Assembly: GCA_038740425.1 (NCBI GenBank)
Contig: JAVYLV010000001.1
Location: forward strand, 1-61,218
Direction: 5' to 3'
From: Thermoplasmatota archaeon
GTDB lineage: Archaea; Thermoplasmatota; E2; DHVEG-1
Length of the DNA: 61,218 bases
The notes beneath the pieces were generated by a model. That model saw only the letters and a list, made by a program, of their open reading frames with translations. It had not been told where the DNA came from and ran no database searches. Of this stretch, positions 39,373 through 48,583 are shown piece by piece. Within the stretch, counting starts at the first letter, position 1. Each line of letters opens with the position of its first letter. Made by a program: the position numbers and the translations under genes.

Positions 39373-39463
39373 GAATCCACCTCAATTTTAAATTAAATTA
39401 TTTCGAAACAATATTTTATTATTCACTTTAATGCGCTAATGTTTTTTTAACTAATAAAGCTTT

Positions 39464-39474
39464 ATAGTTTTAGT
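39464..39474. repeat. Target-site duplication, left copy (ATAGTTTTAGT)
   Basis: An identical 11-mer occurs at 40477-40487, immediately outside the two inverted repeats. The match extends to 13 nt if the terminal GC is counted as target rather than as IR. Confidence 0.8.
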
Positions 39475-40476
39475 GCTTTGTGTAATTATTCTCACCTAGG
39501 ATAAATAAGTACATTCCATAGGATTGTTCGCAAACAAACTTCTACTTGACGAAATCGAGCTTTAAGACTGAACAGAGGTGCACCGAAGCGTCTTTTCGTC
39601 CCAGAAAAGACAGTTTCAACCACACATCGCATTGTTGCTTGAACTTTCTTTTTCCAACCATCAAAATTCTTCTGTTGAACGAGCACCACTTTCCGTCTAC
39701 TAGAGCAGCCTTCGGGCTTTTCTGACCTAATTCTTTCGTACTTTGATCCCAGGTATGGAACCTTTTTGGGTTATCTCGTTGAAACATTCGCTGGTACCGT
39801 ATCCTTTGTCACTGAGAATAATCTCAACTTTTATCCAATCACATTTCTTGAGTGTCTTTTTCATCTGCTTATAGTCTGATGCGGCCCTTTGGTGACAAAA
39901 CAATAAATTATTTTCTTGGAATCCATATCAAAGAAGATGTGGATTTTCTTAAAATCCTGCTTCTTCTGAAATTTTTGTAAAACGGATTTGGCCAGGCTCC
40001 TTTCTGATGAATTTTCATTCCGCTGGAATCTATACTTCCCAGCATAATGTGCTCTGACAGGTACGGGAGATTGATCTTAGAAAAAAACCATGCATCAAGA
40101 TATTCCATAGTGTTCTGAATAGTCTTGTAACATGGCGCTCGTTTCATTACGAGCGCCTGGTAAATATGCATATCTTTTGTTGCGTTTGCTATGCTACGAT
40201 ATGAAAGACTGAATATATTTTAAACAGGAGTAGAACGGTGAGATGAGAGAGTTTGAATTCTCTCCATTGAACCGGTTTATCTAGTTATTGAAACACCGTA
40301 GATATATCTAAAATCTGCTTACATTCACTGAGTCTGCTTTATCGTAGTGTTTCCAGTCGATGCTAACCTCTTTTATGCCTCTCCCATGTTTCTTTATTTT
40401 TGCTAGTCTTTTGCACCCCATCCATCATCAGATGGATGCAAAGGACTACGTCCTTTAAATTTTAATTACACAAAGC
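39475..40476 (-). mobile_element. Decayed IS element (IS4/IS5-superfamily DDE transposase), 1002 bp
   Basis: Has perfect 14-bp terminal inverted repeats: GCTTTGTGTAATTA at 39475-39488 and its reverse complement at 40463-40476. These are flanked by the 11-bp direct repeat. Internal minus-strand fragments carry DDE-transposase signatures. Confidence 0.8.
39492..40171 (-). pseudogene. DDE transposase pseudogene (multiple frameshifts and stops)
   Basis: Fragments lie in different frames: ...GSIDSSGMKIHQKG..., ...ILSDKGYGTSECFNEITQKGSIPGIKVRKN... (read by hand in a third frame), ...VETVFSGTKRRFGAPLFSLKARFRQVEV.... The N-terminal region (40172-40400) also contains stops in all frames. Confidence 0.7.
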
Positions 40477-40487
40477 ATAGTTTTAGT
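40477..40487. repeat. Target-site duplication, right copy (ATAGTTTTAGT)
   Basis: See the left copy at 39464-39474. Confidence 0.8.
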
Positions 40488-40807
40488 GCAAATAGAAAAA
40501 AATAAGTATTATTTGGTAAAGGGGGATGACGCAAAATCAAAACAGTGAAGATATCGGATATTGGTATGGAAAAACTAACATTTTTTATCACAGAGAGTTT
40601 GTGGTACTTCCTGGCTTTTTACATATCGAGATATGTATGCTCCTATCTAGAATGTTAATTCTATTGGAGAAAATATATGAAGGACTTGCAAGATGACATC
40701 GATCTATTTGCCTAAAACAGATGGGGATTCAGGTTTTATAGCAATGCTCATCATTATTTTTAGAAATCGATATATTTAAGGGATGCTTCTTTATTTACCT
40801 ATCCTCT

Positions 40808-41725
40808 ATGAAGCGTGATATTATATCAATGTTAGATGTGAAGGATGACCTCTTAGATATCATTGATCTAGGCATATCATTGAAAAACAAGGCTAAGAGA
40901 GGACGTAGTATAGAGTTGTTAAAAGGTAAAACATTAGGTATGATCTTTGAGAAACCTAGCACTAGGACTCGTGTATCATTCGAGGTTGGTATGACTCTTC
41001 TAGGAGGACATGCTATATACCTAAATGCTAATGATATACAGCTGGGACGTGGTGAAAGCATAGAGGATACAGCATTAGTTTTATCAAGATATGTTGATAT
41101 GATCATGTATCGGGCTAAGAGCAATAAGATGATGAGGGAGCTAGCTAGATACGCTACGATACCTGTTATAAATGGTCTTGATGATAAAGAACATCCATGT
41201 CAGGTTATATCTGATATAATGACTATAAAGGAATATAAGAAGAATTTTAAGAGTCTAAGGTTTGTATATATAGGTGATGGAAACAACAATATGGCGCATT
41301 CATACATATTAGGGTGTGGTATAACAGGTATGAGTATGCGTATAGTATCACCGCGTAGATACTGGCCTGAACCATATTATCTATCAGAAGCTAAGAATCT
41401 AGGTTTAGAGGTTGAGGTTACAGATGATATGCATAACGCCGCTAAGGATGCTGATATAGTATCTACTGATACATGGGTATCGATGGGTGATGAATCTGAA
41501 AAGGATCAACGCATCAAGGATTTTAAGGGTTATACTATAACAAAGGATGTTATGAGTCAGGCTAAATCAGATGCTATATTCTTACATTGCCTACCAGCTT
41601 ATTATGGTTATGAAGTTACAAAGGATGTAGCACATGGAGATAGATCAGTGATATTTGATGAGGCTGAAAATCGTCTATGGGGCCAGATAGCGGTTATGGC
41701 CACACTATGCAAAACATCTAAATGA
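40808..41725 (+). CDS. argF: Ornithine carbamoyltransferase
   Basis: Motifs present: STRTRVSFE, HPCQ, DTWVSMGDE, HCLPA. Confidence 0.9.
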   Translation: MKRDIISMLDVKDDLLDIIDLGISLKNKAKRGRSIELLKGKTLGMIFEKPSTRTRVSFEVGMTLLGGHAIYLNANDIQLGRGESIEDTALVLSRYVDMIMYRAKSNKMMRELARYATIPVINGLDDKEHPCQVISDIMTIKEYKKNFKSLRFVYIGDGNNNMAHSYILGCGITGMSMRIVSPRRYWPEPYYLSEAKNLGLEVEVTDDMHNAAKDADIVSTDTWVSMGDESEKDQRIKDFKGYTITKDVMSQAKSDAIFLHCLPAYYGYEVTKDVAHGDRSVIFDEAENRLWGQIAVMATLCKTSK

Positions 41726-41792
41726 AAAATTCTAAGAAAGGATTATATCTAAAGAATAACATATATTATATCGTTTTAGGTAGAATGAACTT

Positions 41793-42005
41793 ATGGGTAA
41801 AAAAGTTGACATAGCAGCCTGCCCTGTTTGTGGTAGTAGACGTATAGAAATGGGAACACTAAGTTCAGGTGTATTATTCGGTATAACCTCATGGAAGAGC
41901 GTATGCAGGGATTGCAGTTACCAAGGTGAACCTATACTATTTGACTCTGAAGAGGAATATCAATTATTCAAAAAGACGTTAAATGAAAAAAGAGAGGAAA
42001 AATAG
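41793..42005 (+). CDS. Small zinc-ribbon protein (70 aa)
   Basis: Has CPVCGS...CRDCSYQGEP, with the same CPxCG...CxxCxY[EQ]GxP layout as the ORF at 57402. Confidence 0.4.
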   Translation: MGKKVDIAACPVCGSRRIEMGTLSSGVLFGITSWKSVCRDCSYQGEPILFDSEEEYQLFKKTLNEKREEK

Positions 42006-42012
42006 CAGTATC

Positions 42013-42591
42013 CTACCCTTCTTTGCATATCTCTATAAAATTCTTAAAAATCTTTTCACCGTATTCTGTATGTTCAACCTCAGGGTGGAATTGCAAACCA
42101 TAGAATGGTTTAGTTTTATGTTGTATAGCTTGAATCTTACAGTTGATACTCTCAGCTAATAATATGAAATCATCTGGTAGTATCGTGATCTCATCATTAT
42201 GCGACTCCCATACTACTGATCTAGATGGTAAACCTTTGAATAGAGGGGAACCTGGTTTAACTATTATCAGTTCTACTCTACCATACTCAGGGGTTTTAGA
42301 TGGTTTAACCTCTCCCCCGTAGTAACGAGCCATGTATTGATGACCAGCACATATGCCTAGTATAGGGAAAGATGACTTCTCCAAATATTCACCGCAGTTA
42401 CCCAAGGTACCATCTAATCCTATACGTGGAGCACCACCTGATAATACAAGACCATCAACACCCTCATTCTCTATCTTACTGAACGGTACTGTGTTAGGTA
42501 TAATATCTGTATCTACACCCAGGTCACGTAGCGTACGCCATTCTCTATGGGTCCACTGTCCGCCGTTATCAACAACTAGTATCTTAACCAT
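42013..42591 (-). CDS. guaAA: GMP synthase, glutamine amidotransferase subunit A
   Basis: A class I GATase (GICAGHQ, FHPE). It lies immediately downstream of the ATP-pyrophosphatase subunit, the split archaeal arrangement. Confidence 0.9.
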   Translation of the reverse strand: MVKILVVDNGGQWTHREWRTLRDLGVDTDIIPNTVPFSKIENEGVDGLVLSGGAPRIGLDGTLGNCGEYLEKSSFPILGICAGHQYMARYYGGEVKPSKTPEYGRVELIIVKPGSPLFKGLPSRSVVWESHNDEITILPDDFILLAESINCKIQAIQHKTKPFYGLQFHPEVEHTEYGEKIFKNFIEICKEG

Positions 42592-42598
42592 GTTATCT

Positions 42599-43546
42599 CT
42601 ATTCCCATTCTACTGTACCAGGTGGTTTATTAGTTATATCATACACCACCCTGTTTATCTTATCTTTAAGTGTGTTGGTAATACGTGTTGATATACGATC
42701 TAATATACTATGAGGTACATGTGTATAGTTACAAGTCATAGCGTCTATACTGTCAACTATACGCACTGCTATAGTGCAACCGTATGCTCTTTTATCGCCT
42801 TGTACACCTACGGTCTGTACTGGTAATAATACTGCGAAATACTGCCATGGTTTATGCATCTCTTTGTTAGCCACAGCTTTATCTATCTCATCCTCAACTA
42901 TATAGCACGCCTCCCTTACAATAGCAACTCGTTCCTCAGTAGCTGCTCCTATGATGCGTATAGCTAAACCTGGACCGGGGAATGGTTGACGATCATGAAC
43001 CTTTAGATTAAGCTCCCTAGCTACCTTTCTAACTTCATCCTTATACAAGTCTCGTAGAGGCTCCACTAATTTCAGTTTCATATCTCTAGGTAGGCCACCT
43101 ACATTGTGATGAGATTTAATCGTGTCACGCAGACCACCACCTGATTCAATCCAGTCAGGTGCTATAGTCCCTTGTACCAGATACGATACATCCTCCTCTT
43201 TTGCCACTTCTTCGAATATACGTATAAACTTCTCCCCTATGATACGTCGTTTCATCTCTGGATCATCTACATACCTAAGAGCAGTATAGAATTCTTTGCT
43301 CGCGTCTATGAAACGATGATTCAAACCCATATCTATCATCGTATTCTTTACATCCAGTGATTCGTTCTTCCTCATATACCCTGTGTCGACATGTACAGCT
43401 ATGAGATCAGCACCTATAGCTTTGTTCACCAAAGCGGCGCATACTGTACTATCAACACCACCTGAGAAAGCAATCAAAGCTTTACCATCTATCTCTTTAC
43501 GTAGTTTCTCAACTGTTTGATCTATGAAACGTTTAGCGTTAAACAT
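42599..43546 (-). CDS. guaAB: GMP synthase, ATP pyrophosphatase subunit B
   Basis: Has the PP-loop AFSGGVDSTV and ends in ...KPPGTVEWE, the canonical GMPS C-terminus. Confidence 0.9.
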   Translation of the reverse strand: MFNAKRFIDQTVEKLRKEIDGKALIAFSGGVDSTVCAALVNKAIGADLIAVHVDTGYMRKNESLDVKNTMIDMGLNHRFIDASKEFYTALRYVDDPEMKRRIIGEKFIRIFEEVAKEEDVSYLVQGTIAPDWIESGGGLRDTIKSHHNVGGLPRDMKLKLVEPLRDLYKDEVRKVARELNLKVHDRQPFPGPGLAIRIIGAATEERVAIVREACYIVEDEIDKAVANKEMHKPWQYFAVLLPVQTVGVQGDKRAYGCTIAVRIVDSIDAMTCNYTHVPHSILDRISTRITNTLKDKINRVVYDITNKPPGTVEWE

Positions 43547-43580
43547 ATCTATATTTTATACCTCTAATTCAGTTTCTGGT

Positions 43581-44039
43581 TTATCTTGACGCTATTATCT
43601 GCTCTTGTAATCTTTTACGATACTTTACAAGTTTTTCATATAGTGTTTTGTCTTTGATTGCTAGTATCTCTAATGCTAATAGAGCAGCGTTTTCCCCGCG
43701 GTCTAAACCCACAGCTGCTACAGGTACACCTGGTGGCATCTGAACTATAGAGAATATAGCATCAAGATTAACCTTACCGCTAACAGGTACTCCTATAACT
43801 GGTTTAACAGTATGGGATGCTATTGCACCTGGTAGAGCAGCTGACAGGCCAGCTATCCCGATGAATACATCAGCAACGCTCTCTTCTACTATTTTTTTTA
43901 AATGATCAGGTGTTCTATGAGCCGAAGCAACTATACTCTCATATTTAACACCGAACTCATCTAGCATCTTCTCAGCTGATTCAGCTATGTTTTTATCTGA
44001 TTTAGAACCCATTATTATATGTACCTTCATTTTTAACAC
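43581..44039 (-). CDS. purE: N5-carboxyaminoimidazole ribonucleotide mutase / AIR carboxylase catalytic subunit
   Basis: Motifs present: [25 protein letters not shown]-like [19 protein letters not shown]. Confidence 0.9.
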   Translation of the reverse strand: MLKMKVHIIMGSKSDKNIAESAEKMLDEFGVKYESIVASAHRTPDHLKKIVEESVADVFIGIAGLSAALPGAIASHTVKPVIGVPVSGKVNLDAIFSIVQMPPGVPVAAVGLDRGENAALLALEILAIKDKTLYEKLVKYRKRLQEQIIASR

Positions 44040-44229
44040 CTTGAGAGTAAATATAGTGATACGTAAGGATTATATAAAAATAATCAAAACCAGATTTGAC
44101 TTTTCTCTTTTTATCTTCATCTGGACAAAAACGCAAAGGCATCAGTAAACTTTTAATAATACATCTCTCTTTTGATAACCTGCCTAAATCTGCCTGGAAA
44201 CTGAAAAAAATGGAGGATGATATTTTTAT

Positions 44230-46281
44230 ATGAGAGGAATTCTGATTTTATTATGCATCTTTCTAATATCTGGTGCTATGTTATCTTCAAATACTGGCAT
44301 TTGTACCACTCCTGGTGAGGTATATACTGGTGATATAACTCTCTCATACCGGAATATAACTGTTTATGCACCAGCTGTAGCACAAACCAGCAATGGTTAT
44401 ATTGGTGTCATATCAACTATAACAGTTACCATACAGGATCATGGTAGCGGACAGGTATTTGTTGATACCACTCCTTTAACACAGATTGATATGCAAGGTT
44501 CGGCTAGATTAGCGGTTAATGTAGCTAGCGCGTTGATTAAAAATGATAAAAATAGCAGTGATATATCACCATCATCATATGATTATTTCTTCGTTGTTAG
44601 AACTTCTTCTCCTATTATAGGTGGACCATCTGCTGGCGCAGTTATGACTGTGGCTACTGTAGCATTGTTGAAGAACTGGTCTATTAGTAGTACTACAATC
44701 ATGACTGGTATGATTAACCCTGATGGTAGCATTGGCCCTATAGGAGGTATACCACAAAAGATTGATGCTGCTTATAGTGTCGGTGCTACACGTTTCCTGA
44801 TACCAAAGGGTCAAATGAGTTATACTGAGATGGTTACCGAGACTATTACTAGCGGTGGTATAATACAGATCACAACCAGACCTGTTGTTAGGAATGTATC
44901 TGATTACGCGCGATCAAAATATGGTATAGAAGTCGTAGAGGTTGAAGATATCAACGATGCATTAAGATATATGACTGGTTATGAGTTCCTAAATCCCGCA
45001 TCAGAATCTAACATAACTACTGATCAGTATATTAGAGCGATGCAGCCTCTTGCATCATCGTTATTGAATCAGGCAAGAACTGCCTATCAAAATGCTAGCA
45101 ACGCGTTAAATAATTCTTATATACCTAACTATTTCCCTATGTATTATCGCAATCAGATTAACAATATATTCAACAATGCTAAGAACACATTGGATGATGC
45201 TACTAGATGGTATGAAGAAGGGATGTATTATAGTAGTACTAGTAAATCATTCCAGTCATTGATAAACTCTAATCTGGTATCATATGCCTGTGAATATTTT
45301 AACACTGATAATGATCAGAAGTATATAGAGAAACTACTAGATAAAGCAAAAGAGCTATACGAAGATAGAAGTGAAGAAGCGAAGAAAGCAAGGATACAAG
45401 GGGTTATAACACTACAATGTGTAGGCGCAGCCCAAGAGAGAGTATCAGAGGCGCATAGCTACCTATCTGATGCTGAAAGCAGTTTCAATAACCATGATTA
45501 CCTTAACGCTCTTTATAAGATAGCATATGCTATACAACGCAGTGAGAGCGCTAGCTGGTGGCTCCGTATATCTGATTATTATAATGATACTGGTGAATTC
45601 AATAGTACAACGTTGAATAACCTAGCTGAGGAGTATATCACTGATGCCCAGCAGGCTATAACATACTCAGAAGTTATACTAGAAGAAATGGGACAAACCT
45701 CATCTTATTTATCAGAAGCTAAAACAGTATTAGAGTCAGCTGAGAATGATTACGAAGCTGGCTATCCTGCTTCAGCCTTGTTCCAAGCCTTCCAGGCTAT
45801 AGCAAAGGGTAATCTAGCTTTAGAGTTAGTTGATGGAGCAGCATTTGATAAAGTTGAACGTGCTAGGGAACGTGCTAGCGCAAGTATAAGCGAGAGTAGA
45901 CGTCAAGGTATCGAACCTGTACTAGCTGTCAGCTACTACGAGTACGCCGAAAGCCTAGCAAATGAATCCTCATATGATGACGCCCTGGTTTATTATAAGT
46001 ATAGTGATCTTATTTCTGGTGCATTACGTTTCACCAGCGGATCAGGGAGAATGACGTCATCTCGTTATATCGGTATACCTGAAATCCCCCCTGTTTCTCA
46101 GCTGTATAATGTTAAAAGTTTATACCCTATTTTATTGGTGTTATTTGGAGTAGGTGTTACCACTGGTTTAGCCTTGGGTGTGATACTAGGTGGTGTACTA
46201 CATGAAAGAAATCCTCATAGCAAAGAGGAAACATCCTGGATACCTAGAAGCATTGAGGATTATTACAGGAAAAACAAATAA
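44230..46281 (+). CDS. Secreted/membrane-anchored S16 (Lon protease-domain) serine peptidase without ATPase, plus a long helical domain
   Basis: Has a signal peptide and the Lon catalytic Ser context (GGPSAGAVMTVATVALL) with Lys context (IGGIPQKIDAA). About 350 aa of helical repeats and a C-terminal TM (LYPILLVLFGVGVTTGLALGVILGGVL) follow. Confidence 0.65.
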   Translation: MRGILILLCIFLISGAMLSSNTGICTTPGEVYTGDITLSYRNITVYAPAVAQTSNGYIGVISTITVTIQDHGSGQVFVDTTPLTQIDMQGSARLAVNVASALIKNDKNSSDISPSSYDYFFVVRTSSPIIGGPSAGAVMTVATVALLKNWSISSTTIMTGMINPDGSIGPIGGIPQKIDAAYSVGATRFLIPKGQMSYTEMVTETITSGGIIQITTRPVVRNVSDYARSKYGIEVVEVEDINDALRYMTGYEFLNPASESNITTDQYIRAMQPLASSLLNQARTAYQNASNALNNSYIPNYFPMYYRNQINNIFNNAKNTLDDATRWYEEGMYYSSTSKSFQSLINSNLVSYACEYFNTDNDQKYIEKLLDKAKELYEDRSEEAKKARIQGVITLQCVGAAQERVSEAHSYLSDAESSFNNHDYLNALYKIAYAIQRSESASWWLRISDYYNDTGEFNSTTLNNLAEEYITDAQQAITYSEVILEEMGQTSSYLSEAKTVLESAENDYEAGYPASALFQAFQAIAKGNLALELVDGAAFDKVERARERASASISESRRQGIEPVLAVSYYEYAESLANESSYDDALVYYKYSDLISGALRFTSGSGRMTSSRYIGIPEIPPVSQLYNVKSLYPILLVLFGVGVTTGLALGVILGGVLHERNPHSKEETSWIPRSIEDYYRKNK

Positions 46282-46314
46282 GTACCCATCCCTATCCCTT
46301 TATCTGTAATATCT

Positions 46315-47373
46315 ATGCGTTTCGTAGCTAATCTAGATGATAATGGAGACATAATAGTAACCAAGCAGCGTGATATAAATAATCTATATCATAAGAATAG
46401 ATATGGTAGTCTAAAATCCAAGGATAGATTATTATTAGACCCTATAGAGGTCTTATTCCTAGTAGGTGAAGGAAAATTAGATGTATACAAAGATGGAAGG
46501 ATAATTGATTTCCATAGCCTCTTGAAAAAATCAGCTTCAATTATAAACGACATAGACATTAGATATTTAGCTTATCGTGATCTCAGATTAAGAGGATACA
46601 AAGTTAAAATAAAATCTGATAGTATCGCGGATTTTATAATAGAGAAAATAAAAGACGAGAGTAAATATATAACCGCTCATGTTAAAATATTCTCAGAGAT
46701 GGACACAGCCAGTATAGATTACATAGAACATGCTATAGATTATACAATCTCAGTTAAAAGCAGTTTATGGTTCATGATCATAGACGAAGAAGGGGATATA
46801 ACATACTATAATATATCGAAACCCAGTATAAAAGGAGAGATAAGGGAATATAACCCTCCCTCAGGAGAAGGATACCTTCTGCATAACAGGGTGGTGGTAT
46901 TCAACCCTGAGTTAGCGACTTATCTGCACCAACAAGGATTCTACGGTAAACCATTTGGTAATGCTTTACAGTTGTCACTAATAGAAGCTATATACCTGGA
47001 GAATATGAACGTACTAAGATTATACTCCATAAAGGATGATAAAAAGATAAAAAACAAGGAGATGAAGGATATAATTAAAAATCAACAGGATGATGTAGAT
47101 GATTACCTAAGGGTTTTCGCGGATCTAAAAAACAAAGGGTTGATAGTTAAAACAGGTTTCAAATTCGGTACAAATTTCAGGGTTTATACCAGGAGACCTG
47201 ACCTGACACATGCGGAATACCTAGTGCACATAGTCCCATATAAATACAAGGGTGTATGGTCTGAGATAAGCCGTGGGGTGAGACTAGCGCATTCAGTGAA
47301 TAAGGAATTCATATTAGCCTATACAAAAAACAACAAGGTAGAGTATATAAGCCTTGGTCGTTTGCGGGCATAA
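46315..47373 (+). CDS. endA: tRNA-splicing endonuclease, duplicated-domain type
   Basis: The C-terminal catalytic unit is LKNKGLIVKTGFKFGTNFRVY...HAEYLVHI. The N-terminal half is a degenerate repeat (LRLRGYKVK), and at 352 aa it fits the two-unit form. Confidence 0.85.
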   Translation: MRFVANLDDNGDIIVTKQRDINNLYHKNRYGSLKSKDRLLLDPIEVLFLVGEGKLDVYKDGRIIDFHSLLKKSASIINDIDIRYLAYRDLRLRGYKVKIKSDSIADFIIEKIKDESKYITAHVKIFSEMDTASIDYIEHAIDYTISVKSSLWFMIIDEEGDITYYNISKPSIKGEIREYNPPSGEGYLLHNRVVVFNPELATYLHQQGFYGKPFGNALQLSLIEAIYLENMNVLRLYSIKDDKKIKNKEMKDIIKNQQDDVDDYLRVFADLKNKGLIVKTGFKFGTNFRVYTRRPDLTHAEYLVHIVPYKYKGVWSEISRGVRLAHSVNKEFILAYTKNNKVEYISLGRLRA

Positions 47374-47434
47374 AATTTTTATAAACATTAACACATCATC
47401 TACAGCAATAGAAATATAATTCTAAAAAAAATGG

Positions 47435-48097
47435 GTGGAGGCTGAGTTTGGTAGTATGTTGCAATTGCGATGGCATGGGCATGCTTGCTTTGAAATAACA
47501 AATAATACTACATTAGTGACTGATCCTCATGACGGAAGATCTATAGGTATACCAACGCCTACAGTACAAGGGGATATAATACTAGTATCACATAATCATT
47601 ATGATCATAATAGTATAAAGACTGTGGAGAAAACTTCATCAAAGGTTATAACAGATGAACGAAGGAGAACTATTGATAACATAGAGATAAAAGGATTCAG
47701 AGTGTACCATGATAAAGAGAATGGTGCTAAACGGGGTCATAATATAATGTATAAATTCACAGTGGATGATATATCCTTCCTACATCTGGGGGATCTAGGA
47801 CATGAACTAGATGAGAAGATTATAAAAGATATTGGTGATGTTGATATACTTTTCATACCTGTAGGCGGGGTTTTTACTATAGATGGTGAAAACGCATGGC
47901 GCATAATCAACAATATTAAACCTAATATCATAGTCCCTATGCATTACAAGATAGGTGGTTTATCGATACCAGTACAAGGCATAGAGCAGTTCCTAGGGCG
48001 TAATCCTGGTGTAAAAGTAGTTAAAGTTGGGAATGAAATAGATATAGAAAAAGAGGATATGCCTAAAGAACAGGAGATATGGGTATTCACCATCTAG
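47435..48097 (+). CDS. Metallo-beta-lactamase-fold hydrolase (UPF0173-like)
   Basis: Has LRWHGHACFEI, ILVSHNHYDH, HLGDLGH. The likely true start is MLQLRW at 47456. Confidence 0.8.
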   Translation: MEAEFGSMLQLRWHGHACFEITNNTTLVTDPHDGRSIGIPTPTVQGDIILVSHNHYDHNSIKTVEKTSSKVITDERRRTIDNIEIKGFRVYHDKENGAKRGHNIMYKFTVDDISFLHLGDLGHELDEKIIKDIGDVDILFIPVGGVFTIDGENAWRIINNIKPNIIVPMHYKIGGLSIPVQGIEQFLGRNPGVKVVKVGNEIDIEKEDMPKEQEIWVFTI

Positions 48098-48583
48098 AAT
48101 AATCATCTTTAATGTTTCTCATTTTTTAACCTTGACAAAATATTCATCTATCCTCAAGTATACTAGGAGGTTTTTCTTTTAAAACAAGATAGGGATGAGG
48201 AAAAAGTACAATACTTAAGAAAACCCTTATGCCTTTCGCACCTTATGATCTTTAGATTAGATTCTTTCCAAACTCCCCGTGATATATCACTTTTTCTTCA
48301 ACACTTCCAGATATTTTTCTTATGGAGGGTTCTGTAAAAAAACAACAGTTGATCTCTGTTCGCACCGCTATGTAGGGCTCACTTTATGTCAATTTAGTTT
48401 GTTTATAGGAGTCCAATAAAAATACTTTATCATCCTTAATATTGTATTTAAACCAAAAAATATTAATACCGATAAATTAAAATACTATATAATTACTATA
48501 TGTATACTGCTTGGCCATAATAAATCTAACAAAATGTAGATAATATAGGGGGGGATAAAAATAATATAAAAAGGTGAATATAT

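Noticed and set aside
48098-48583. 486-bp gene-free region upstream of the large surface-protein gene
   Set aside because: It is AT-rich, with no repeats, no tRNA-like or GC-rich structured segment, and no ORF with signals. It is probably an extended promoter or 5' region.
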